Of a stretch of DNA of 35,766 nucleotides, positions 17,264 through 25,923 are shown in pieces. This stretch comes from Gemmatimonadota bacterium (GTDB taxonomy: Bacteria; Gemmatimonadota; Gemmatimonadetes; Gemmatimonadales; GWC2-71-9). The position numbers were made by a program, and so were the translations under genes. Below the pieces are notes generated by a model. It searched no databases. It had not been told where the DNA came from and was given only the letters and a program-made list of their open reading frames with translations. Numbering within the stretch: the first letter of the stretch is position 1; the number at the start of each line of letters is the position of its first letter. The stretch spans positions 1-35,766 of the forward strand of contig JAZDDC010000124.1 in NCBI GenBank assembly GCA_036679565.1. Direction: 5' to 3'.

Positions 17264-19218
17264 CAGCCCATTTCCCCTATTATGTAGTCAACCGGATCGG
17301 GCCATTTCCACACGACTTTTTCTGCGGTTTCAATCCCACCGGACGGAGACATCACCACACCACTCGGCCGACCACGTGCAACGGCCGCAGACTCCCGCAA
17401 TGCCGTTGCACCCACAACGTCCTTGGCAGACTCTAACGTTGGTGTCTGACCACGCGCGTCGGCAGATGTGATTACCCGTTGCCCGAGTGCCAAGACTGAC
17501 CGCACGGATTCGGCACGTTGATCGGCCAGGTAATCGACCACGGCTTCCTCCACCGGATCTGTGATACGTTCCTCAAATTGACGGGTCAGGACCATCTTGC
17601 GAAGCTCGTAGTCGGGCGACTTGAGCGTTGCAAGCAACCCTCCCTCCAACCGGGAAACCAGACGATCGTCCAGACCTCGAATCTCGCGGGGACGACGAGA
17701 AGACGTGAACACGAGTTGTCGTTCGGATTCCAACAAGACGTTGAACAAGAAGAAAATCTCTTCTTGTATCCGGTCTTGACCTCCGATGAGGTCGACATTG
17801 TCCAGTAAAAACGCAGACGCCCGTCGATAGCGTGCTCGCCATGAGGGTACGCGATTCTCGTCAATGGCCGTTACAAGCTCGTCCATGAACACTTGGGCCG
17901 ATGTACATGCAATCCAACCACGGTCCGGAAGCTCCAAGCCCCGGCCAATCCCGTGGAGGAGATGTGTTTTCCCCACACCCGACGGACCGATAATCACGAG
18001 CGGATTGTATTGCGTGCCTGGTGCGGCCAAAACCGATTCTGCCGCACTCAAGGCCATCTTTGTCGATCGACTGCGGAGAAATGTATTGATCGAGAAAGAT
18101 CTTGATGGCCCGGGTGGCGGTTCAAAATCTTCCTGCGCGCGTTTGACCACAAGACGGGCCTCTTCGACACGCTCCGGGTCACGAAAGACCGGATCACCGG
18201 CACGCTCCGGGTTACACTCGGCAACGGCGGTTTGCAACTCGAGCAACTCCGTCACGGCGTCTTCGTAGCGATTCACGGCATCGGCAGCCTCGGCGGCGAC
18301 ACCGCCGTCCAGAGCCCGTTCTAGCCGCGCCGTGTTGTAACCACGCCGGGACCAACGATCGACTACATCGCGGAGATTTTGTTGCCACACATCGACCTGT
18401 TCGGTCACGGCCGCTGTCACCCCGCTCAAAAAAGCGCCGAACTCATCCGCCGACCCAAAGACGTCACTGGATCGACTGAGCGCTAATGCCTCGTCCGCAT
18501 CGCCGCCACTCAAGACGGCCCTTCCCGCCGCGAGTGTCAACGGGACATCACTCACCGTTTGAAACGCAATGATACGATTCAGATTGCCAAGTAATTCTCT
18601 GACATTTTCCGTGTCGCGTTCGGCGATCATCGCAAGAAGCTCGGCACCCAGTTCCGCACCTCGCTCGTAGGCACGTTGGCGCAGAATGGCCAATCGGTTG
18701 TCGAAATTGGGCGGTGCGATGTCCACCACGAGACCGCCATCGATCTTCTTCAACATGCGGTCGTCGAGTTCGGACAATTCGGGAGGCGGTTGATCGCTTG
18801 TGAGCACGACTTGAACGCCGGCATCTGCCAGATCTGCGACGAAACGCAAAAGCTCGTCCTGTACCTCCGGCCGCCGGGCAACGAACTGGACGTCGTCGAT
18901 CAAAACGAGATCGGACGTCAGGTACCGCTCGCGGAAGGACTCGAGCAATTGCTGACTTTCCGCGGCGCGGTACGCCTCCATGAAGTCATCGAGTGTCAGA
19001 TAGTGCACCACACGGTTCGGATCCACCGACAACGTTTCATGACCAACGGCCATCAGCAGATGTGTCTTCCCAAGTCCCGTGCCACTGTGCATGAACAGCG
19101 GGTTGTGCACCGACCCGGGGTGTTCGGCGACAGCATGGGCAGCGGTGACGGCGACACGGTTGCCATCTCCGATCACAAACGTATCAAACGTATAGCGTGG
19201 ATTGAACGCCGAACTCAT
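17263..19218 (-). CDS. Tandem double DnaA/Hda-type AAA+ ATPase, no DNA-binding domain IV
   Basis: 651 aa. Module 1 has [36 protein letters not shown] (Walker A), LVLIDDVQF (Walker B), VVLTSDQPP and [10 protein letters not shown]. Module 2 has [61 protein letters not shown] and ESVRSVL. Both copy DnaA domain III almost motif for motif. There is no DnaA N-terminal domain and no C-terminal HTH signature. The start overlaps the mglA stop (ATGA). Confidence 0.9.
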   Translation of the reverse strand: MSSAFNPRYTFDTFVIGDGNRVAVTAAHAVAEHPGSVHNPLFMHSGTGLGKTHLLMAVGHETLSVDPNRVVHYLTLDDFMEAYRAAESQQLLESFRERYLTSDLVLIDDVQFVARRPEVQDELLRFVADLADAGVQVVLTSDQPPPELSELDDRMLKKIDGGLVVDIAPPNFDNRLAILRQRAYERGAELGAELLAMIAERDTENVRELLGNLNRIIAFQTVSDVPLTLAAGRAVLSGGDADEALALSRSSDVFGSADEFGAFLSGVTAAVTEQVDVWQQNLRDVVDRWSRRGYNTARLERALDGGVAAEAADAVNRYEDAVTELLELQTAVAECNPERAGDPVFRDPERVEEARLVVKRAQEDFEPPPGPSRSFSINTFLRSRSTKMALSAAESVLAAPGTQYNPLVIIGPSGVGKTHLLHGIGRGLELPDRGWIACTSAQVFMDELVTAIDENRVPSWRARYRRASAFLLDNVDLIGGQDRIQEEIFFLFNVLLESERQLVFTSSRRPREIRGLDDRLVSRLEGGLLATLKSPDYELRKMVLTRQFEERITDPVEEAVVDYLADQRAESVRSVLALGQRVITSADARGQTPTLESAKDVVGATALRESAAVARGRPSGVVMSPSGGIETAEKVVWKWPDPVDYIIGEMG

Positions 19219-19814
19219 CCGGGCGGCGCCTCGCTCAGCTTCCTCAATACCATTTCTGAAATCGCCTTCAGGGTCTCAAAAACACCGGTGCCACCCAACG
19301 CGTCCGCGCCTATGTGGGGCACTCCGCGAAAATTTAACGCCTCATTCAGTTCGTCCGCCGTGAGGATCAACTCCTTTGGCAGACCCTGTTTGTTGTACTG
19401 GAAAACAATCGGCAATGTTCGCACGTCAACACCTTGCGCCAACAAATTCTCCTGAAGATTCTGCAAGCTTGCGAGATTTTCATCTAGCTGTCTGGCCTGG
19501 CTGTCCGCGACGAACACCACACCGTCGGCCCCCTGAAGCACCAGCTTTCGAGTGGCATTGTAGTATACCTGCCCTGGCACAGTGTACAATTGAAACCGCG
19601 TCGTGAAACCAGAAATTTTGCCGAGTTCCAAGGGGAGGAAATCAAAAAACAACGTCCGGTCCGATTGTGTTGCCAGAGAGACCATGCGCCCCCGCCGCGC
19701 CTCGGGCACCTTTTCGTATACGTACTGTAAATTTGTCGTTTTGCCGGAACGACCGGGTCCGTAGTACACGATTTTACACGTGATTTCACGCGTCGTGAAA
19801 TTGATTAGCGACAT
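19215..19814 (-). CDS. mglA: Ras-like polarity GTPase MglA
   Basis: I chose the ATG at 19814. [36 protein letters not shown]...[48 protein letters not shown]... is collinear and highly similar to Myxococcus and Thermus MglA as I recall them. The G4 motif reads NKQG instead of NKxD. Confidence 0.95.
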   Translation of the reverse strand: MSLINFTTREITCKIVYYGPGRSGKTTNLQYVYEKVPEARRGRMVSLATQSDRTLFFDFLPLELGKISGFTTRFQLYTVPGQVYYNATRKLVLQGADGVVFVADSQARQLDENLASLQNLQENLLAQGVDVRTLPIVFQYNKQGLPKELILTADELNEALNFRGVPHIGADALGGTGVFETLKAISEMVLRKLSEAPPG

Positions 19815-19815
19815 A

Positions 19816-20286
19816 TCAATCCTGAAAGAGCGAGGCGAGACTCTGGTTGAGTTCGCGCTCGAAGTCAGCCGCCAACACGGGCTCGGATGACACCGGCGCC
19901 GGATTGGCTTCATTCAATTCGTTGACGAACTCCTCAAAAAATAGGTGAACTAAACCCAAAGAGGATTCGCGCCCGTAAATGACGAGCAACACCATCGGTC
20001 CGGAAGGGCTTTCGAACGCCGACAAGAACACGCCGTGGGTTGGCCCCTGATGGTTTAACATCGAAAATGACGGTTCGCGAAGCATCTTCGTGATTTCCGC
20101 CGTTGACGACACGATGGCCGCGCCGAGCGCAGCCGCCGCCATGACGTCCACCGCCCGTGTGAAACCATGTTGCGCAAACACTTGGCCTGTTGGGTTCATC
20201 AGGAGAGCCAACCGCGCTCCGGATTCGGATATGAACATCTCCATGGGTTTCTCAGCCCACGGGTGCACCGCACGGACCCCGCTCAC
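19816..20286 (-). CDS. mglB: Roadblock/LC7 protein MglB (MglA GTPase-activating protein)
   Basis: 156 aa, immediately upstream of mglA with a 1-nt gap. It has the Roadblock pattern (...[14 protein letters not shown]...[28 protein letters not shown]) and an acidic/hydrophobic C-terminal tail ending LASLFQD, as in Myxococcus MglB (..TSLGLVRLRIKKASDEL.. / ..IDNLFSE). The GTG start overlaps the upstream stop (GTGA). Confidence 0.85.
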   Translation of the reverse strand: MSGVRAVHPWAEKPMEMFISESGARLALLMNPTGQVFAQHGFTRAVDVMAAAALGAAIVSSTAEITKMLREPSFSMLNHQGPTHGVFLSAFESPSGPMVLLVIYGRESSLGLVHLFFEEFVNELNEANPAPVSSEPVLAADFERELNQSLASLFQD

Positions 20287-20633
20287 GCAAAAACCTCACC
20301 GGCGCGCAGCATCTCCAACCTCACCAGACCCACGTTCGTGTTGGTATCCGTAACAATGACTACAAGGACATCTTGATTTGTGGCCAAGACCAAAACCGCG
20401 CCCTCGGTGCATTGCATGTGAAGAAACCTGGGTTCGCCAGCCTTTGCGGTGCCCGAGACCCAGGTGAATTTACCAAACACACTAGCAGCGAGGGCGGCGA
20501 GAGCCTTTCCGCGCACGCCTTCCATCAAAGTCTCGGCGATGACCAACCCGTCGTCTCGGGCTACAAACATTGCCCCTTGGACACCACGGACCCGTGTCAA
20601 AACATCGAGCACTCCCTGTAACTGGTGTGTCAC
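20283..20633 (-). CDS. Roadblock/LC7 domain protein (MglB/MglC-like paralog)
   Basis: 116 aa. LDVLTRVRGVQGAMFVARDDGLVIAE....ALAALAASVFG...VLVLATNQDVLVVIVTDTNTNVGLVRLEM fits the Roadblock/LC7 consensus. GTGA overlaps at both ends. Confidence 0.8.
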   Translation of the reverse strand: MTHQLQGVLDVLTRVRGVQGAMFVARDDGLVIAETLMEGVRGKALAALAASVFGKFTWVSGTAKAGEPRFLHMQCTEGAVLVLATNQDVLVVIVTDTNTNVGLVRLEMLRAGEVFA

Positions 20634-21400
20634 GGGCGTTGTCCCTCCAACCAGCCACGGGCCGCGTCATTTGCTTTTTGCGCGAGAAAGGCCAGTCTCC
20701 CCGGCGGTACACTCCGATCTCGCATGGTGACAAGGCATGTTTCATTGGTTGGTTGCGTGAGATGAACATTTTGACTCGCCGACTCCGCGATAAGCCATTC
20801 CCATTTGCCCAGATCCAAGAGACGGGCCGTTCGTTCGGCCTCTCGCACAAGAGCGGCCACCCGCGCGGCCATTTCATCTGTGTTCGCGTTACCACCCAGA
20901 CGACCTGCCAGTACACGACCGGCGTCATCGACAAGTAACAGCCCGTGTTCGGCTCCCTCCAAACCTGCAAAGATATTCGGCTCCTCGTCGTCCTCTTCGA
21001 TCGTACGCGCCGTGGTACGAACCAGCTGAAACGCCTGTAATACGCTTTGATCGGTAGGATCAACGGCCAACGCTGTCTCGAGGTGCTCGAGCGCGGCATC
21101 GAGGTCGCCGCGCGAATAATAAAGGAAACCCAATCCCTTATGGGCGCCTTGATGCCGTGCGTCGCGCTGAAGGACCGTCTCCCAGACATGACGAGCTTCA
21201 TCGGGACGAGAAGCATCGAGTAAGAGTCGTGCGTACAGGTCCCTGGCCGCCGGCAGATCGGGATAACGTTCAAGACCGGACAATGCAACCGCGGTGGCGG
21301 ATTCCAGATCACCCTTGCGCCGCAACCCCTCACCCAATCTGAGAAATACAAGGCTGTCCGGATCACGCGCAAACTCCCGCGCCAGTGCTTGGATGTCCAC
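20630..21400 (-). CDS. TPR (N-terminal) plus Roadblock/LC7-like (C-terminal) fusion protein
   Basis: 256 aa. The N-terminal ~130 aa are TPR-like (LESATAVALSGLERYPD, PDEARHVWETVLQRDA, LDAALEHLETALAVDP), followed by an acidic linker (EEDDEE). The C-terminus GLLLVDDAGRVLAGRLGG....AARVAALVREAERTARLLDLGKWEWLIAES...CLVTMRDRSVPPGRLAFLAQKA has the Roadblock pattern. That domain call is by eye only. Confidence 0.65.
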   Translation of the reverse strand: MDIQALAREFARDPDSLVFLRLGEGLRRKGDLESATAVALSGLERYPDLPAARDLYARLLLDASRPDEARHVWETVLQRDARHQGAHKGLGFLYYSRGDLDAALEHLETALAVDPTDQSVLQAFQLVRTTARTIEEDDEEPNIFAGLEGAEHGLLLVDDAGRVLAGRLGGNANTDEMAARVAALVREAERTARLLDLGKWEWLIAESASQNVHLTQPTNETCLVTMRDRSVPPGRLAFLAQKANDAARGWLEGQRP

Positions 21401-21408
21401 GATCGAGA

Positions 21409-22551
21409 TCAGGCCTTGAGAAACGCGTCTAGCGTCTGCGCAGCCTTGATAGCGCTCTGCACATGCTCGGTCGTGGCGTCTTCTGCATCAGTTTCTTCAT
21501 TGAGTTGCAACCAATGACCCCACCACGCGCTAGCCTCTTTCAGCCGGCCCTGACGGGCGAGGGCGTCACCCAGGAGTCGATGACCGAGTGCCATGGAGGA
21601 ATCCAATCTGAGGGCGCGGCGCAACGTCTCCTCGGCGTCTTCGGCGCGTTCGGCAGCCAGATGTACACGCCCCATGGTCAACAGGAGTCGTGCGTCGTGT
21701 GGCTGATCAGAGAGTGCCATTTCGATCACAGAACGTGCGCCCTCGAGGTCTCTTTCGCGCAGTGCACCCTCGGCCTCGGCAATTCTTTGATCGGTGGTGT
21801 CTTCTTCGATGATAACGGGGTGGCTACTTGAGCGCCGTGCAAGGATGGTGACGATGCCGGCACTCTCCATGCCAAAGATCGTTCGCGCCACATCGAATTC
21901 CGACTTACTCAACGACTTTGCAATCCCTCTCACGTCGCGCAACCCATCGATCATCGCGAGTAGCTCCCACTCCGTTGGCAACAGATCGAGTTCGCCTTCT
22001 TCGCCGGCAACTGCCGCCGTCAGCGCCGGCACGACGCCCACGTGTGGAATTTTGCGTTCCATCCGCGACCACTCATCGATCCGCCGCGCACCCTCCATAA
22101 GCAATGCTTCAGTCCTGATGCGTGTCGATGCGTCCCCCGGGACTGATTGATCGTCTTCTTCGAAGGAGAAATAACCTTCGTGCCAACTCATCATCTCGAA
22201 GATTACTTCTTCCACTTGAAAACGAACTTGCCGCTCCAGCTCCCCCGCCGTGATCGCTCCGACGGAGATCAAGATTTCTCCGATCTTTCGAGAGTCACCA
22301 TGTTCTTGTTGGGTCCGTGCCTGTCGTAGATCGGCCTCGGCGACCTTCCCCGACCGCACAAGAAGCTCTCCCAACGGATGAGGGTTGCTACGGATCTCGG
22401 CATAAATCACCGACCCCGATTGTAGCCACACCGCACCCTGGTTGCGTCGGAGTTGGGAGGTTACCCGTAGGACACCAGTTTTCTTGCTCAAATCGAGCAG
22501 TTGAAAAACGTCGTGAATTCCGAGTTCCTTGAGCGGGCCCTCGATAGCCAT
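21409..22551 (-). CDS. PATAN (DUF4388) domain plus TPR repeat protein (paralog of 15641..17263)
   Basis: I chose the ATG at 22551, 1 nt after the upstream stop. MAIEGPLKELGIHDVFQLLDLSKKTGVLRV...VWLQSGSVIYA is the PATAN signature. It shares the EGARRIDEWS segment and the xIDGxR..xxIA....SEFDV middle region with the other paralog. The C-terminus is TPR. Confidence 0.85.
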   Translation of the reverse strand: MAIEGPLKELGIHDVFQLLDLSKKTGVLRVTSQLRRNQGAVWLQSGSVIYAEIRSNPHPLGELLVRSGKVAEADLRQARTQQEHGDSRKIGEILISVGAITAGELERQVRFQVEEVIFEMMSWHEGYFSFEEDDQSVPGDASTRIRTEALLMEGARRIDEWSRMERKIPHVGVVPALTAAVAGEEGELDLLPTEWELLAMIDGLRDVRGIAKSLSKSEFDVARTIFGMESAGIVTILARRSSSHPVIIEEDTTDQRIAEAEGALRERDLEGARSVIEMALSDQPHDARLLLTMGRVHLAAERAEDAEETLRRALRLDSSMALGHRLLGDALARQGRLKEASAWWGHWLQLNEETDAEDATTEHVQSAIKAAQTLDAFLKA

Positions 22552-22552
22552 C

Positions 22553-25234
22553 CTACGCTGCCTCGGTCCGAAAAATGTGACTGAGTTCGTCCGCGGATCG
22601 CAGGTGCCGGCGAGCCGAAGCCGCACGTGGACCGGACGGATCAAGACTCACGACACGTGTCCATGCGGCGGCCGCCTCACTGTATCGCCGCAACTTAGCC
22701 TGCGCCAAGCCCAGAAAATAATAGGCATCCACCTGACTCACCTCAAATGCCAACACGCGTTGAAACGCACTGGCCGCTTCGACAAATCTGCCATCGGCCA
22801 ACAGAGCCTCGCCCAACGCCAACATGGCCTGAATGTTCGTGGGGTTTCCGCGTACCAAATCCGCCAGCAGGTTGACCGCGCTCCGCGCAGCCCCCTGGCG
22901 GACACAAAGCCTCGCGAGCGGCAATGCCGCCTCAGACGACCCGGGTTCTGCATCCAACGCCGCACGGTAGGCGGCCTCGGCGGCGGCCAAGTCGTTACGT
23001 GCTTCATGTAATTCGCCGAGTTCCACGAGCAACGTCAATAATTTTGGGTCAAGTGTCAGCGCACCCTCGTAGGCCTTCAGAGCGCGCTCGTAGTTGCCAA
23101 GGTCAACGGCAATGGCTCCCTCAACCTTCAAGATGTCGGCACGTTGCGGTGCGCGCTTGTGCGCACGTTCAAGCACCTCCAGCGCGCTTGCGGGGTCCTT
23201 ATTGGCAAGTAACGCTTCGGCGAAAACGAGGAGCACGTCCGCGTCACCAGCGTGTTTATCCGCCCACTCTTTGGCCATATCGAGCGCTTCGCGGTTTTTC
23301 CCGGTGGCCAAGAGTGCTCGGATTTCACTAATTCCCAACGGAAGACGTTCTGGCCGGGACCGGCGCGCCTCGCGGAAACGTTCGAGAGCTTCGCCGTGCA
23401 GGCCGCGACGCGTAAAGATGCCTCCCAACAGGGCCTGGCCCTCACCGGGATCCGCACCCCGCACCAATGCGCGATTTGCCTCGGCAGCGGCCAGATCATA
23501 AAGACCCTTGCTGATATAATCACGTGCCAATCCGAAGGCATCATCGACGGGTTTCGACACCGTTGCGTCGGTTGACGCGCTCAGTTCCGAAAAAACATCC
23601 TCCAAGACCTTAGGATCGAAATCGAACTCCGCTGTGCCATCGGTGGATATATCCGCCGAAATCTCCGGAACCACCGTTATCGACGGATCCTCCAACTGAA
23701 GTTCGATCGAAAGTTGGAATTTTTGCGGAACGTAGTACGGGTCGATGTTTTGTGCGCGTGTCACGGCACGCAATGCCGCGTCGTAGTCGCCAAGCGCGGA
23801 CAGCGAGAAACTGAGATTGTAATGGGCTTCCGCTGAGTTCGGCTCGCTTTCGACGGCGCGGACAAACGCATTGCGGGCGTCTTCCTGTTGGCCAAGTTCG
23901 GCCATCACCAACCCAAGACCGTTCCACGCCGGGGCGCTGGACGCATTTCGTTCGATAACTTGCCGATAGGTCTGGGCGGCCACTTTCAATCGTCCGGAAC
24001 TCAATAACAACTTCCCCAAGTTGAGCACGGGCCGTTCCAGTTCTGGTCGCGAAAGCATGGCCTGGCGAAACGCAGACAGCGCTTCCGCATTTTTACCATC
24101 ATGCGCCAACGTCACCGCGAGATTGTTACTGGCCAGCGCGTAGTGCTCGTCATGATGCAACGCTTCTCGGTACGACTGCAACGCGTCTGTGTAACGACCG
24201 AGTTGATGTAATACGACGCCTCGTTCGTTCCAGAGCTTTGGCCGATCCGGCATTTCACGAAGCAAAGAATCGTACAGGTCGAGTGCGGCGGCATAATCTC
24301 GTTTGAGCGAGCTAACCTCCGCGATGGCTTCGATCACATGCCGGCGATCCTCACCATGGTCGAGTGCCAAACGAAATTCCCGCAGCGCGTCCGTCAGATA
24401 ACCTTGAGAACGGAACGCGACACCGAGGTTGTAGTGAGCCATGGGATCAGGATCCGATGGCACGCCCTCGTCGCCACCTGGAATCTCATATGCCGCATTG
24501 GATCGATCGCCGACGTAGGGTTCCAACGAGAGGTTGGTTTGCACGCGGCCAAATGACGGATTCAGACGTATCGCCTGGTTTGTTGCTTCGCGTGCTTCCT
24601 CATGCCGTCCTGAGTCGCCCAAGAGAAACGCAATCAGATAATGTGCTTCGGCGTTGTCGGGATTCAGCGTGACCGACCGCTCGAGTGAGCGCAGTGCCTC
24701 CTTTTTTGCGCCTTGATTGTACAGCACCTCACCGCGGTAAAAATGTCCAACCGTGCTTTCCGGGTCGATCTCCACGGCACGGTCGAACCACTCCACGGCA
24801 TCGTCCAAATTTCCCCGCCGCTTTTCGGCGAGCCCACTCTGTGTTACCGCAGCAACGTCATCCGGATTGAGTTCCAAGATGGATTGGAATTGCGCGATCG
24901 CGAGGTCAAACTGATTGAGGGAGGCGTACGCACGCCCAAGTTCCCATTGCGACTCACGTTCTGCCGGATCGTCACGAAGACGCTCTTGCAGTTGCGCCAC
25001 CCGCCGGTCGTAGAAACCGGTTTCTTCGTACGCGATTTCGAGGTTGCGTTGCGCCACGCGCATTTTGGGATCCAACTCGATGGCGCTACGAAATTCCTCG
25101 ATGGCCTCATCAATCAGACCCTTCCGAAAATACAACACGCCCAAGTTGTTGTGGGCGCCGGGATCTGACGGATCGATTCGTCTCGCGAAGGAGCGGAGAG
25201 TTTCTTTCTCAGCTTCAGATAGTGCTGCGGGCAC
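22553..25234 (-). CDS. Large (893-aa) TPR repeat protein
   Basis: There are continuous 34-residue TPR-like repeats across nearly the whole length (e.g. HNNLGVLYFRKGLIDEAIEEFRSAIELDP, QWELGRAYASLNQFDLAIAQFQSILELNP, AHYNLSFSLSALGDYDAALRAVTRAQNIDP). GTG start 2 nt after the cheC stop. The stop is 1 nt before the PATAN gene. Confidence 0.85.
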   Translation of the reverse strand: MPAALSEAEKETLRSFARRIDPSDPGAHNNLGVLYFRKGLIDEAIEEFRSAIELDPKMRVAQRNLEIAYEETGFYDRRVAQLQERLRDDPAERESQWELGRAYASLNQFDLAIAQFQSILELNPDDVAAVTQSGLAEKRRGNLDDAVEWFDRAVEIDPESTVGHFYRGEVLYNQGAKKEALRSLERSVTLNPDNAEAHYLIAFLLGDSGRHEEAREATNQAIRLNPSFGRVQTNLSLEPYVGDRSNAAYEIPGGDEGVPSDPDPMAHYNLGVAFRSQGYLTDALREFRLALDHGEDRRHVIEAIAEVSSLKRDYAAALDLYDSLLREMPDRPKLWNERGVVLHQLGRYTDALQSYREALHHDEHYALASNNLAVTLAHDGKNAEALSAFRQAMLSRPELERPVLNLGKLLLSSGRLKVAAQTYRQVIERNASSAPAWNGLGLVMAELGQQEDARNAFVRAVESEPNSAEAHYNLSFSLSALGDYDAALRAVTRAQNIDPYYVPQKFQLSIELQLEDPSITVVPEISADISTDGTAEFDFDPKVLEDVFSELSASTDATVSKPVDDAFGLARDYISKGLYDLAAAEANRALVRGADPGEGQALLGGIFTRRGLHGEALERFREARRSRPERLPLGISEIRALLATGKNREALDMAKEWADKHAGDADVLLVFAEALLANKDPASALEVLERAHKRAPQRADILKVEGAIAVDLGNYERALKAYEGALTLDPKLLTLLVELGELHEARNDLAAAEAAYRAALDAEPGSSEAALPLARLCVRQGAARSAVNLLADLVRGNPTNIQAMLALGEALLADGRFVEAASAFQRVLAFEVSQVDAYYFLGLAQAKLRRYSEAAAAWTRVVSLDPSGPRAASARRHLRSADELSHIFRTEAA

Positions 25235-25236
25235 GG

Positions 25237-25923
25237 TCAGTTCACGCGTATTGCATCAAAGATCGCCTGTAACGATGGCCCATCCGGCAAGAGGAGAAAG
25301 TGTCCCAAAAGACGTTGCTCAGCCTCTCGAAAGAAAAACTCCGTCTCGACACACAGGATCGTGTCGTGCTCGTCGGTGGGTTCGGCCAACGCCGATTTCA
25401 ACACCACCCCCGCCTCGTCCGCCACCAACGTCGGTACGGATGGAAGCAACATCATTCCCATGAAATCGGATAACGCATTGAGGTACGCCCCACCCAGGAT
25501 ATTTCCTGCCTCCTTGAGACTGGACTCCTCCAGTTCATTGAACGATGTGGTGGAGCCCGGTTCTTTTCGCATCAGCAGATCGCACAAAAGTCGCGCATCC
25601 GCGTCCGGCAACAAAAGAAGTGTCCGTCCGGTCAGATCACCCAGCATATGCATGAAAACGGCTATGACCCGTCCCGACGGGTCACCGAGCAAACCGGCGG
25701 CATCTTCGTACCGCGTCACGTTGATCTCGGGAATCGAAATCATGATGCTGCGGTCGGTCATTTGTGACAATGCCGTCGCCGCATGGCCGGCGCCAATATT
25801 TGCTACCTCACGCAGCGCATCGAGCTGCAGTGCCTTGAGACTTCGCACAGCGGACATCATGTCTTCCTCCTCAGACATCAGTCGTGTCGCTGTCGTAGCG
25901 ACCGAAAACCTACGACAAATCAA
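25237..25923 (-). CDS. cheC: CheC-family CheY-P phosphatase
   Basis: It has two CheC active-site ExxN motifs in the typical context (LDALREVANIGAGHAATALSQM and SSLKEAGNILGGAYLNALSDF). The start is uncertain: either the TTG at 25923 (TTGA overlap with the cheA stop) or the ATG at 25878. Confidence 0.85.
   Translation of the reverse strand: MICRRFSVATTATRLMSEEEDMMSAVRSLKALQLDALREVANIGAGHAATALSQMTDRSIMISIPEINVTRYEDAAGLLGDPSGRVIAVFMHMLGDLTGRTLLLLPDADARLLCDLLMRKEPGSTTSFNELEESSLKEAGNILGGAYLNALSDFMGMMLLPSVPTLVADEAGVVLKSALAEPTDEHDTILCVETEFFFREAEQRLLGHFLLLPDGPSLQAIFDAIRVN

Noticed and set aside
18676-19455. 259-aa plus-strand ORF spanning the mglA / DnaA-like junction
   Set aside because: It is antisense to two strongly supported genes. 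It has no motif, and its composition is typical of antisense frames.
20482-21372. 296-aa minus-strand ORF in an alternative frame over the TPR-Roadblock and Roadblock genes
   Set aside because: The product is Arg/Trp/Pro/Cys-rich with no repeats or motifs. The other frame gives coherent TPR and Roadblock sequences, with GTGA coupling to the neighbouring genes.
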